Positions 18,133-26,598 of a stretch of 64,000 nucleotides of DNA are shown one piece after another (within the stretch, counting starts at the first letter, position 1; each line of letters starts with the position of its first letter). Source of the DNA: an uncultured Actinomycetes bacterium (GTDB lineage: Bacteria; Actinomycetota; UBA4738; JBBDTT01); NCBI GenBank assembly GCA_963742735.1, contig CAVUMN010000004.1:64001-128000 (forward strand), in the 5' to 3' direction. The notes beneath the pieces are model-generated. The model worked only from the letters and a program-made list of their open reading frames with translations, had not been told where the DNA came from and did no database searches. A program made the translations under genes and the position numbers.

Positions 18133-18184
18133 CCCCTACATCTAGGCCGCGCTCGACGCTAGCACCCAACATGTGGTGCTTCAA
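18133..18184 (-). promoter_or_regulatory. Promoter with tandem NrdR-like boxes
   Basis: TTGAAG(18184-18179)-17 nt-TAGCGT(18161-18156); boxes CCCCTACATCTAGGCC (18133-18148) and ACCCAACATGTGGTGC (18164-18179), 31 bp apart. Confidence 0.7.
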
Positions 18185-18226
18185 ACATCTCGGAACAATT
18201 TGTAAACAGGCGGGAAACGGCCGGGA

Positions 18227-19474
18227 TCAGCGCTCCAGGGGCCGGAACACCATGACCCGGGCCTCCTCGCCCGCGCGCAGGCGGGCCCGCCCGGCGGGCA
18301 CCAGGGCCAGGCCGTTCGCGCCGGCCATGGCGGCCAGCCTCGTTGCGGATCGCTCGCCGATCGCGGCGGCCCGCCACCTGCCGGCCTCCATCCACACCCG
18401 GACCCGGGCGAACCGGGCCCGATCGGCGGCCCCGGCGACGTCGCCCGCGAGCTCGGCCCGGACCTCGGGCCGGAACAGGTCACGGCGGCCCATCATCTTG
18501 AGCAGGGCGGGGCGGACGAACACCTCGAACGAGGTGAACACCTCCGCGGTGTCGCCCGGGAGCCCGAACAGGGGCTTGCCCTCGAAGGCCCCGACGGCGA
18601 TGGGCGCCTGCGCGCCCACGTCGACCGGGAGGGCCTCCACCTGGCCGCGGCGGAAGAGGGCAGCCCGCAGGATGTCGCCGGCGCCCGCCGAGCGGCCGGC
18701 GAGCAGGTACAGGTCCACGGTGGCCTGGTGGCTGAGCAGGGCCTCCTTCAGCGCCTCGATGTCGTCGGGGACGATGCCTCCCAGGTACGGGACGGCCCCG
18801 ACCTCCTTCAGCGCCGAGTACAGGGTGAGGCTGGTCGCGTCGCGGGTTTGGCCCAGGGTGGCCGCGCGGCCCGGATCGACCAGGCCGTCACCCGTCGCCA
18901 GCACCACCACGCGCGGGCGGGGATAGACGAGGGCGCCCATCCGGCCGGAGGCGGCGAGCAGGGCCAGCTCGGGCGGTCCCAGCTTGCGCCCCGCCGGGAT
19001 GAGGGTCTGGCCGGCGCGGAGGTCCTCGCCCGCGGGCTGGATGTTGGAGGCGGGCGGCCAGGAGTGGAGCACCCGGACCGTCTCCCCCTCGAGCACCGCG
19101 TCCTCCAGCGGGACCACCGTGTCGGCCCCGGAGGGGACGATGGCGGTGGCCCCGATCCGGATCGCCTCGCCCCATCCGACGGTCCCCTCGGGGGCCCGTC
19201 CGGGGAGGGCCCGTCCGGCGAGCGTCAGCGTCGCCGGAAGCCCGGTCGAGGCGCCGTGCACGTCCGAGGCCCGGACCGCGAAGCCGTCGATGCGCGCGGA
19301 CGCGAACTCCGGGACGCTGACCTCGGCCTGGATCTCGGTGGCCAGGACGCAGCCGGTCGCCTCCTGCAGCGGCAGCTCGATCGGCGCCATCTCCTCCAGG
19401 CGATCGAGCAGGGTCTGCCGGGCCTCGTCGACGTTCGGCAAGCGAATGGGCGCACGGGCGGGTTCGAAGGCCAT
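18227..19474 (-). CDS. moeA: Gephyrin-like MoeA/Glp with degenerate catalytic motifs
   Basis: DGFAVRASD, GADTVVPLED, GEDL, RPRVVVLATG, VPDD, FEVFVRPAL. Confidence 0.9.
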   Translation of the reverse strand: MAFEPARAPIRLPNVDEARQTLLDRLEEMAPIELPLQEATGCVLATEIQAEVSVPEFASARIDGFAVRASDVHGASTGLPATLTLAGRALPGRAPEGTVGWGEAIRIGATAIVPSGADTVVPLEDAVLEGETVRVLHSWPPASNIQPAGEDLRAGQTLIPAGRKLGPPELALLAASGRMGALVYPRPRVVVLATGDGLVDPGRAATLGQTRDATSLTLYSALKEVGAVPYLGGIVPDDIEALKEALLSHQATVDLYLLAGRSAGAGDILRAALFRRGQVEALPVDVGAQAPIAVGAFEGKPLFGLPGDTAEVFTSFEVFVRPALLKMMGRRDLFRPEVRAELAGDVAGAADRARFARVRVWMEAGRWRAAAIGERSATRLAAMAGANGLALVPAGRARLRAGEEARVMVFRPLER

Positions 19475-19521
19475 CGCACCCATCGTAAGCGGGCGGTTCC
19501 GGGTAGGCCGGGAGCGCGCGG

Positions 19522-20400
19522 CTAGATCAGCCGTTCCCGCTGGACCAAGTCGGCGAGGAACGCGCGGAACTCCTTGGACAGGTCCTCCCGGCGGATCGCG
19601 ATCTCGACCGTGGCCCGCAGGTAGTCGAGCTTCTTGCCGATGTCGTACCGGGTGCCCTCGAACACCAGCGCGTACACGGCCTGCTCCTGGGCGAGCAGGT
19701 TGATCGCGTCGGTGAGCTGGACCTCCCCGCCGGCGTCCGGTGCGACGGTCCGGATCGCGTCGAAGATCTCCGGGGTCAGCACGTAGCGGCCGATCGCGGC
19801 GAGGTTGGAGGGCGCCTCCGCGGCCGCCGGCTTCTCCACGATGTTCACGATCCGGGCCAGGCCGTCCTCAACGAACTCGGGGTTCACCGCGCCGTACAGG
19901 GAGATCTCGCCGCGGGGGACCTCCTTCACCGCGATCACGCTCCGGCCGTAGCGCTCGTACACGTGGATCATCGCCTCCAGCAGGGTGGCGTCGGGATCGA
20001 TGATGTCGTCGCCCAGCAGCACCGCGAACGGCTCGCCGGCAACGTGGGGCTCGGCCACCTGGACGGCCGCCCCGAGGCCGAGAGGGTCGCGCTGGCGGAT
20101 GTAGTGGATCGCCGCCATCTCGGTGATCGCCCGGACCTCCTTCAGCAGGTCGTGCTTGCCCTTCTGCTCCAGGTGGTGCTCGAGCTCGAAGGAGCGGTCG
20201 AAGTGGTCCTCGAGGGTCCGCTTGCCGCGGCCGGTGATGATCAGGATGTCCGAGATGCCGGCCCGGACGGCCTCCTCGACCACGTACTGGATCGCCGGCT
20301 TGTCGACGATCGGGAGCATCTCCTTGGGCTGCGACTTGGTCGCGGGAAGGAATCGCGTGCCCAGCCCGGCGGCGGGGATCACCGCCTTTCTCACGTTCAT
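19522..20400 (-). CDS. galU: UTP--glucose-1-phosphate uridylyltransferase
   Basis: KAVIPAAGLGTRFLPATKSQPKEMLPIVDKP, LLGDD, VEKP. Confidence 0.97.
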   Translation of the reverse strand: MNVRKAVIPAAGLGTRFLPATKSQPKEMLPIVDKPAIQYVVEEAVRAGISDILIITGRGKRTLEDHFDRSFELEHHLEQKGKHDLLKEVRAITEMAAIHYIRQRDPLGLGAAVQVAEPHVAGEPFAVLLGDDIIDPDATLLEAMIHVYERYGRSVIAVKEVPRGEISLYGAVNPEFVEDGLARIVNIVEKPAAAEAPSNLAAIGRYVLTPEIFDAIRTVAPDAGGEVQLTDAINLLAQEQAVYALVFEGTRYDIGKKLDYLRATVEIAIRREDLSKEFRAFLADLVQRERLI

Positions 20401-20462
20401 CCCGATCGCCCCCCTCGGCGGCAGGGGGCGAGTCTAGCTCCCTGGATCGGCGCTGGGGAGGG

Positions 20463-22349
20463 TCAAGATTCGGCCGGGACCACCCGGTCGCGGCCGCCGC
20501 GCTTGGCCCGGTACAGGGCCCGGTCGGCGGCGCGCATCAGGTCGGCCGACGTGTAGCCGTCCTCGGGGTAGGTGGCCACGCCGACGCTGACGGTCACCGT
20601 CCGGCGGGCGTCACCCTTGCCGTACGGCGTCTCGCCCACCACGGCCCGAACCTTCTCGGCCACCGTGAGCGCGCCCTTGCGGCCGGTCTCCGGCAGCACG
20701 ATCGTGAACTCCTCGCCGCCGTAGCGGGCCAGGGTGTCGATCTGCGAACGGATCGAGCGCTGGATGCGCCGGGCCATCTCGGACAGGACCTCGTCGCCGG
20801 CCTCGTGACCCAGGCGGTCGTTGACCTCCTTGAACCGGTCCAGGTCGAGCATCAGGACGGAGAACGGGCGCTCGAAGCGCTGGGACCGCTCGACCTCCTT
20901 GGCCAGGGCGGCGTCCAGGGACCGGCGGTTCCAGGCCCCGGTGAGCGGGTCGGTGGTGGCCAGGCGCTCGGTCTCCTCGTGCAGGTAGACGTTGTCGATC
21001 CCCACCGAGGCCTGGGCGGCGAACGAGGAAAGCGTGGCCAGGTCGTCGCGGTTGAACGGGGCCACGCCCCGTCCGTAGAGGGCCAGGACGCCGATGACCT
21101 CGCCCTCCCGGACGAGCGGGACGGCCAGCGCGGTGCCCCGGACCGGCTCCGGCGCGACCGGGGAGGCGTCGTCGTCCGGTGCCAGCAGGGGGATCGCGCG
21201 CGCGATGGCGGCCCCGGCCAGGCCCTCGCCGAACTTGAGGCGCACGGAGGAGGGAGAGAAGCCGTGCATGACCCGCGCCCGGATCTCGCGGCGACGGCCC
21301 GACCGCAGGTAGACCGCGCCGGCCTCGGCGCCCAGCGTGACCGCGGCGGTGTCCAGCACCACCGCGAGCATGCCGTTCAGGTCGTGGGTGGCCGAGAGCG
21401 TCTCGCCGAGGCGCTCCATGCCCTTGCGGAGCTCGTCGCGGGAGGTGCGGAGCTCGCCGACGTAGCGGCGAAGGTCGCGGGTCACGGTGTTGAAGGCCGC
21501 TCCGAGCGCGCCGATCTCGTCGCGGGCGTCGGCCGGCACGCTGGCGTCGAGGTCGCCCCGGGCGATGGCCAGCGCGTCGCGGGACAGACGCTGGACGGGC
21601 CGGGCGATCGTGCGCGCCAGCAAGTAGCCAAGGGCCGCGGCCACCAGCACGCCCAGGATGAGCAGCGGGAGGATCGGAGCGCCGCCGGCCGGCAGCTCGG
21701 CCACGAGCAGGACGCCCGAGGCGACCGCGCGCTCGAGCGGGAGGAACAGTCCCCGCGCGCCGCCGACGTCGACGACCCCGCCGCGGCGCGGGCTGACGTC
21801 GGGCACGGGCTCGATGGTCGAGGCGACGGGACGGCCCTCGGCGAAGACGACGCCCTGGACCCCGAAGGACTCGAGCATCGTGCGGTCGAGGAAGAAGCCA
21901 CCGCGAACCACGCCGCCCTCGGCGATCGTGATCCGGCCCTCAGCGACCGCGCCGGGGACGGGTTCCTCGCGCCCGATCAGGTCCTCGACCCGCAGACCAG
22001 GGAGGTACGAGGCCTCACCCAGGGACGCGCGCGGAGCGCCCTGTGTCGAGAGGACGATCAGGTAGTCGAGCTCGGCGGCCGAACGCACCGAGGAAAGGTC
22101 GGGAAGGGTCTGGGCCGCGACCGCGGCGCCCGCCACCAGGCGGGTCAGCCTGCGGGCCTCGTCGACGCGGTCCTGAACGGCGGCGCTGAACGCCGGGGCG
22201 CTGGCCTGCAACCTACTATCGGCCTGCTCGCGGGCCTGACGGTCCCCGAGTGTCTGGACGAACACGCCGGCGACGGCAAGGGGGATCACCACGATCGCCA
22301 TGAAGAAGATCGTGAGACGCGTGCTCAGCGTGACGGGTCGGATTCCCAT
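20463..22349 (-). CDS. Membrane diguanylate cyclase (TM-sensor-TM-HAMP-GAF-GGDEF)
   Basis: ATTDPLTGAWNRR, DLDRFKEVND..GH..GD, RYGGEEF. Confidence 0.93.
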   Translation of the reverse strand: MGIRPVTLSTRLTIFFMAIVVIPLAVAGVFVQTLGDRQAREQADSRLQASAPAFSAAVQDRVDEARRLTRLVAGAAVAAQTLPDLSSVRSAAELDYLIVLSTQGAPRASLGEASYLPGLRVEDLIGREEPVPGAVAEGRITIAEGGVVRGGFFLDRTMLESFGVQGVVFAEGRPVASTIEPVPDVSPRRGGVVDVGGARGLFLPLERAVASGVLLVAELPAGGAPILPLLILGVLVAAALGYLLARTIARPVQRLSRDALAIARGDLDASVPADARDEIGALGAAFNTVTRDLRRYVGELRTSRDELRKGMERLGETLSATHDLNGMLAVVLDTAAVTLGAEAGAVYLRSGRRREIRARVMHGFSPSSVRLKFGEGLAGAAIARAIPLLAPDDDASPVAPEPVRGTALAVPLVREGEVIGVLALYGRGVAPFNRDDLATLSSFAAQASVGIDNVYLHEETERLATTDPLTGAWNRRSLDAALAKEVERSQRFERPFSVLMLDLDRFKEVNDRLGHEAGDEVLSEMARRIQRSIRSQIDTLARYGGEEFTIVLPETGRKGALTVAEKVRAVVGETPYGKGDARRTVTVSVGVATYPEDGYTSADLMRAADRALYRAKRGGRDRVVPAES

Positions 22350-22393
22350 CGATTGCGGCCCCTTTGAACCGGTTCGGGAGGCTTCGTACCTCT

Positions 22394-22421
22394 ATCTCGG
22401 CCGCGGACGTCCAAAACTTTA
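22394..22421 (-). promoter_or_regulatory. Sigma28 (WhiG/FliA)-like promoter of the diguanylate cyclase gene
   Basis: Minus strand TAAAGTTT-tggacgtccgcg-GCCGAGAT, close to the TAAA-N15/16-GCCGATAA consensus. Confidence 0.6.
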
Positions 22422-22430
22422 CTCGCGACC

Positions 22431-23018
22431 GTGAGCGATACCCGGGACGTCGCGGCGGCCAAGGCGGAGTTGCGCTCGGCGATGCGGGCCGCGCGGGCCG
22501 CCGTCCCCGAGGCCGAGCGCGTCCGACTGGCCGCCTTCGTCGAGGAAGCCCTGTTCGCGCTCCCCGAGGTCGCCGGCGCCCGGACCGCCCTGCTCTTCTA
22601 CGCGTTCGGCTCGGAGATCCCCACGGTGTCGATGCGCGAGCGGTTCCTGGAGGGGGGAACGCGGCTGCTGCTGCCCTACCTGGCGCACGGCGCGATGGAG
22701 GCCGCCGAGGTCCTGCCCGGCGACGTGCTGTCGCGCACCGACTACGGGCCCAAGGAGCCGTCGAACCGGGTGGCCGTCGACCCCGAGCAGGTGGATCTGG
22801 TCGTCACGCCCGGGCTGGCGTTCGACCGCGAGGGCCGCCGCCTGGGCTACGGCGGCGGCCACTACGACCGATTCCTCGAGCGCGCCCGGCCCGAGGCGCT
22901 GCGGGTGGGAGTGGGGTTCTCGCTGCAGCTGATCGACCAGGTTCCCGATGAGCCGGGCGACCAGCGGCTGCACGTCGTCGTCACCGACGACGAGACGGTC
23001 CTCGTCGGGAAGCGGTGA
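22431..23018 (+). CDS. 5-formyltetrahydrofolate cyclo-ligase
   Basis: AKAELR, EIPT, PGLAFDREGRRLGYGGGHYDRFL. Confidence 0.95.
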   Translation: MSDTRDVAAAKAELRSAMRAARAAVPEAERVRLAAFVEEALFALPEVAGARTALLFYAFGSEIPTVSMRERFLEGGTRLLLPYLAHGAMEAAEVLPGDVLSRTDYGPKEPSNRVAVDPEQVDLVVTPGLAFDREGRRLGYGGGHYDRFLERARPEALRVGVGFSLQLIDQVPDEPGDQRLHVVVTDDETVLVGKR

Positions 23019-23050
23019 GGCTCGGAACGCGTTCTATCATTCGAAACGAG

Positions 23051-23374
23051 ATGCCCACCTACGAGTACGTCTGCACGAGCTGCGGCCAGCACGTCGAGGT
23101 CTTCCAGCGCATCGGGGAGGACTCGCTGACCGAGTGCGGCGTGTGCGGGGGGAGGCTGCGCAAGGTCTTCCACCCCGCCGGCATCCTGTTCAAGGGCTCG
23201 GGCTTCTACGCCACCGACAGCCGCAAGTCCTCGAAGGCCGGCTCGAGGTCCGGGGACTCCGGGTCGAAGTCGAGCGAGTCGTCGTCCTCGTCCTCCGAGA
23301 AGTCCTCCGAGACGAAGACGTCCGAGTCGAAGTCCGACTCGAAGGCGCCCCCACCGAAGGAGAAGTCGGCCTGA
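23051..23374 (+). CDS. FmdB family zinc-ribbon protein with Ser/Lys/Glu-rich tail
   Basis: MPTYEYVCTSCG..CGVCGG..FKGSGFYATD. Confidence 0.92.
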   Translation: MPTYEYVCTSCGQHVEVFQRIGEDSLTECGVCGGRLRKVFHPAGILFKGSGFYATDSRKSSKAGSRSGDSGSKSSESSSSSSEKSSETKTSESKSDSKAPPPKEKSA

Positions 23375-24168
23375 GCACCGCCGACATCGGCATCTTCGGA
23401 GGCTCCGGGTTCTACTCGTTCCTCGAGGACGCCGAATCGGTCGAGGTCGACACCCCGTACGGCAAGCCCTCGGCGCCGTTCGTCGTCGGCGAGATCGGCG
23501 GCCGGCGAGTGGCGTTCCTCCCCCGCCACGGGACGAAGCACGAGTTCCCGCCCCACCGCGTGCCGTACCGGGCGAACCTGTGGGCGATGAAGGAGCTCGG
23601 GGTCAGGCGGATCATCGGCCCGTGCGCGGCCGGATCGCTCCAGACGCACGTGGAGCCGGGCCACTTCGTGATCTGCGACCAGCTGGTGGATCGGACGACC
23701 GGCCGGCCCGACACCTTCTACGACGGCCCCGAGACGACGCACATCAGCTTCGCCGACCCGTACTGCCCGACGATGCGCGAGGTGGCGATCGCCCAGGCTC
23801 GCGAGCACGGCATCCAGGTCCACGACTCGGGGACGGTGGTGACCATCCAGGGCCCACGGTTCTCGACGCGCTCGGAGTCGAACTGGTTCCGCGCGCAGGG
23901 GTGGGAGGTCATCAACATGACCCAGTACCCGGAGGCCCTCCTGGCCCGCGAGCTGGAGATCTGTTACGCGAACGTCTCGCTGATCACCGACTACGACGTC
24001 GGCCTCGGCGACGAGGTGCCGCCCGTCACCCACGAGGCCGTGATCGAGGTCTTCAACGCGAACAACGCGCGCCTGCGCGAGCTGCTGTTCGCGATGGTGC
24101 CGGCGTTCCCCGAGGAGCGGACCTGCCCGTGCGCCACCGCCCTGGAGGGGGCGCGGTTCGAGGTCTGA
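23371..24168 (+). CDS. mtnP: S-methyl-5'-thioadenosine phosphorylase (probable CTG start)
   Basis: IGIFGGSGFY, TPYGKPS, FLPRHG, QGPRFSTRSES, INMT..PEALLAREL, ITDYD. Confidence 0.92.
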   Translation: MSTADIGIFGGSGFYSFLEDAESVEVDTPYGKPSAPFVVGEIGGRRVAFLPRHGTKHEFPPHRVPYRANLWAMKELGVRRIIGPCAAGSLQTHVEPGHFVICDQLVDRTTGRPDTFYDGPETTHISFADPYCPTMREVAIAQAREHGIQVHDSGTVVTIQGPRFSTRSESNWFRAQGWEVINMTQYPEALLARELEICYANVSLITDYDVGLGDEVPPVTHEAVIEVFNANNARLRELLFAMVPAFPEERTCPCATALEGARFEV

Positions 24169-24248
24169 AGCGTGTCAGTGGGTCGCGCTAGGGTCGCGGC
24201 CGAACCTCGACACGACCATCACGTCCTCCCCCGGACGGGAGCGACGCC

Positions 24249-24878
24249 ATGCGCCGCAAGGCATCCCGAGCGTCCCGACGGCTGACCGCCGCGGCGGTCG
24301 TCCTGGCACTGGCCGGCGGGCTGGCGTTTCAGCGCTACGCCGCGGACCTGGAGCGGCGGGCACGCCCGGGTGGGCCCCTCACGGCCGTGATCGTGGCCGC
24401 CCGTGAGCTGCCCCGGGGCCACGCGCTCGAGCCGCGAGACCTCGAGGAATCCACCCTGCCCCGCGACTTCGCCCCTCCGGGGGTGGTGACGTCGGTCGCC
24501 GGAGCGGTCGGCCTGCGGCTGCTCGCGCCGATCGCGGCGGGCGAACCCCTGACGCGATCCCGGCTGGGCCCATCGGGCGGGCCGGTCGCCGCATTCGTCC
24601 CGCCGGGGCTGCGGGCGATCTCCGTCACGACCTCGCTGCCGGCCGGGTCGGTGGCCGTCGACGATCGCGTCGACGTGCTGGCGACGTTCGCGACCGGGGC
24701 GCCGCACACCGAGACGGTCGTCGCCGAGGCGCCGGTGCTGTCGGTCCTTCGGGCCGACGACGCGTACGAGGGCGCGGGTCTCGTGCTGATCCTGCTCGTC
24801 TCGCCCGAGGACGCCGAGCGGCTCGCGTACGCCCGTGCGTTCGCCGACCTGTCGGTGGCGATCGCCCCGGGCGGCTAG
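24249..24878 (+). CDS. SAF domain / CpaB(RcpC)-like protein
   Basis: N-terminal TM; VIVAARELPRG; PPGLRAISV; DRVDVLAT. Confidence 0.85.
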   Translation: MRRKASRASRRLTAAAVVLALAGGLAFQRYAADLERRARPGGPLTAVIVAARELPRGHALEPRDLEESTLPRDFAPPGVVTSVAGAVGLRLLAPIAAGEPLTRSRLGPSGGPVAAFVPPGLRAISVTTSLPAGSVAVDDRVDVLATFATGAPHTETVVAEAPVLSVLRADDAYEGAGLVLILLVSPEDAERLAYARAFADLSVAIAPGG

Positions 24879-26230
24879 GAGAGGCCGACCCGGAGGATGC
24901 CCGCCACGGCGGCCACCCCGATCACCCACAGGATGTTCAGCTTGAATCGCCACAGGGCGACGAAGCTCGCCACGGCGACGATCGCCGAGAACGGATCGAC
25001 GGAGCCGAGCACGGGGACGGGGATCGCCCCGCCGGCGAACTCGACGTCGCGAACCCGGTCGAACAGCGACCGGATCGCGAAGGTCACGGCGAGATTCGCG
25101 ATCACGCCCACGACCGCCGCGGTGATCGCGGACACGACCCCGTTGAAGGCACGGCTGCCTCGCAAGCGCTCGATGTAGGGAGCTCCCAGGAACACCCAGA
25201 GGAACGACGGCGCGAAGGTTGCCCACGTGGTGACGGTCGCCCCGATCACCCCGGCCAGGAGCGGGTCGAGCCCGCCCGGGTTGCGATACGCGGCCACGAA
25301 GCCGACGAACTCGGTGACCATGATCAGCGGCCCCGGGGTGCTCTCGGCCAGGCCGAGTCCGGTGACCATCTCCGCCTGGGTGAGCCAGCCGAACTGCGCG
25401 ACCGCCGCCTGGTTCAGGTAGGCGAGGACCGCGTACGCCCCGCCGAACGTGACCATCGCCGCCTGCGAGAAGAACACCGCCTCCTGCCCGAGGACGTCCG
25501 GCGCGTCCGGGAACAGCGCGACCGCGGCAAGCGGCAGCATCCATATGGCGAGGCCGGTCAGAAGGACCCGCGCCGTGCGGGCCGGGCCCGAGGCGGTGTG
25601 ACGCGCGTCGACCACGTCGTCGCGGAGGGCGGGCGCAGCCTCGCCGGAGCCCTCCTCGGGGAGGGCGAAGACGTCCGGCCTCGAGCGGCCCCCGATCAAC
25701 CCGATCACCCCGGCGGCCACGACGATGAGCGGGAACGGGGCGTGAACGACGAAGATCGCGACGAACGCCCCGAGAGCCAGCGCGGCGAGGGCCGGATGGC
25801 GCAGGACCCGCCGGCCGATCCGGATGCCGGCCGCGGCGATGATCCCAACCACCGACGCCTGGAGGCCGGCGAACAGCCCGGCCACCACGTCGACGTCGCC
25901 GTGGACGACGAACGTCCAGGACAACCCCATGATCAGGAAGAAGGCCGGCAGGACGAAGCCGATCCCGGCGAGCAGCCCGCCCTTGACCCGATGCAACAGC
26001 CACCCGATGTAGATCGCGAGCTGTTGCGCCTCGGGCCCTGGGAGCAGCATGCAGAAGTTGAGGGCGTGCAGGAACCGCGTCTCGCTGACCCAGCGCCGCC
26101 GTTCGACGAGCTCCTCGTGCATGACGGCGATCTGCCCAGTCGGACCGCCGAAGTTGATGAACCCGAGCTTGATCCAGAAGCGAGCCGCGTCCCGGAACGC
26201 AACGCCGTGATCGGGGGTCGTCTCGGGCAT
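24875..26230 (-). CDS. chrA: Chromate efflux transporter (long-chain CHR)
   Basis: KLGFINFGGP, FCMLLPGPEAQQLAIYIG, TFGGAYAVL, ESTPGP. Confidence 0.95.
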   Translation of the reverse strand: MPETTPDHGVAFRDAARFWIKLGFINFGGPTGQIAVMHEELVERRRWVSETRFLHALNFCMLLPGPEAQQLAIYIGWLLHRVKGGLLAGIGFVLPAFFLIMGLSWTFVVHGDVDVVAGLFAGLQASVVGIIAAAGIRIGRRVLRHPALAALALGAFVAIFVVHAPFPLIVVAAGVIGLIGGRSRPDVFALPEEGSGEAAPALRDDVVDARHTASGPARTARVLLTGLAIWMLPLAAVALFPDAPDVLGQEAVFFSQAAMVTFGGAYAVLAYLNQAAVAQFGWLTQAEMVTGLGLAESTPGPLIMVTEFVGFVAAYRNPGGLDPLLAGVIGATVTTWATFAPSFLWVFLGAPYIERLRGSRAFNGVVSAITAAVVGVIANLAVTFAIRSLFDRVRDVEFAGGAIPVPVLGSVDPFSAIVAVASFVALWRFKLNILWVIGVAAVAGILRVGLS

Positions 26231-26276
26231 GCGGCGCAGTATGCCCCGATGGACGCGCTGTTAAGGTCCGGTGGCG

Positions 26277-26447
26277 ATGGCCAAGAGCGCGCCCTACCCG
26301 CTGGACGGGGCCACCGAGGAGGAGCGCGAGATCCTCGCGCAGGTGGCCGAGATCCTCAGGAAACTCCAGTTCGGCACGATCGTGCTCGTCGTGCAGGACG
26401 GCAAGGTCGTGCAGATCGAGATGGCGGAGAAGTTCCGGCTTCGTTGA
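26277..26447 (+). CDS. DUF2292 (YezD/OscA-like) small protein, 56 aa
   Basis: Not in the ORF track: MAKSAPYPLDGATEEEREILAQVAEILRKLQFGTIVLVVQDGKVVQIEMAEKFRLR; the FGxxxxxxxDGxVxQIExxEKxR signature is present. Confidence 0.88.
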   Translation: MAKSAPYPLDGATEEEREILAQVAEILRKLQFGTIVLVVQDGKVVQIEMAEKFRLR

Positions 26448-26517
26448 GCGTGGGTTGGTTGACGGCGCCGGGATGAGTCCCCAGGGTTCGCGCCAGCAAG
26501 GCTGACCAGAGAACGGA

Positions 26518-26554
26518 GGCCGCGACACATTCGTGTCGCGGCCGTTTGCTTTTT
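26518..26554 (+). terminator. Intrinsic terminator after the DUF2292 gene
   Basis: GGCCGCGACAC-attc-GTGTCGCGGCC (11-bp perfect stem) followed by GTTTGCTTTTT. Confidence 0.8.
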
Positions 26555-26598
26555 CCGGGAGGGATTCGCAAGGTCCCGGGCGGCGTACGCTTTCGGGG

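Noticed and set aside
20406-20431. Hairpin in the galU leader (TCGCCCCC/GGGGGCGA) covering the RBS
   Set aside because: The 8-bp stem is real but expected by chance at this GC content; no riboswitch features recognised.
23230-23345. Repetitive TCG/TCC/GAG/AAG tract
   Set aside because: Encodes the ordinary Ser/Glu/Lys tail of FmdB; not a CRISPR or DNA repeat array.
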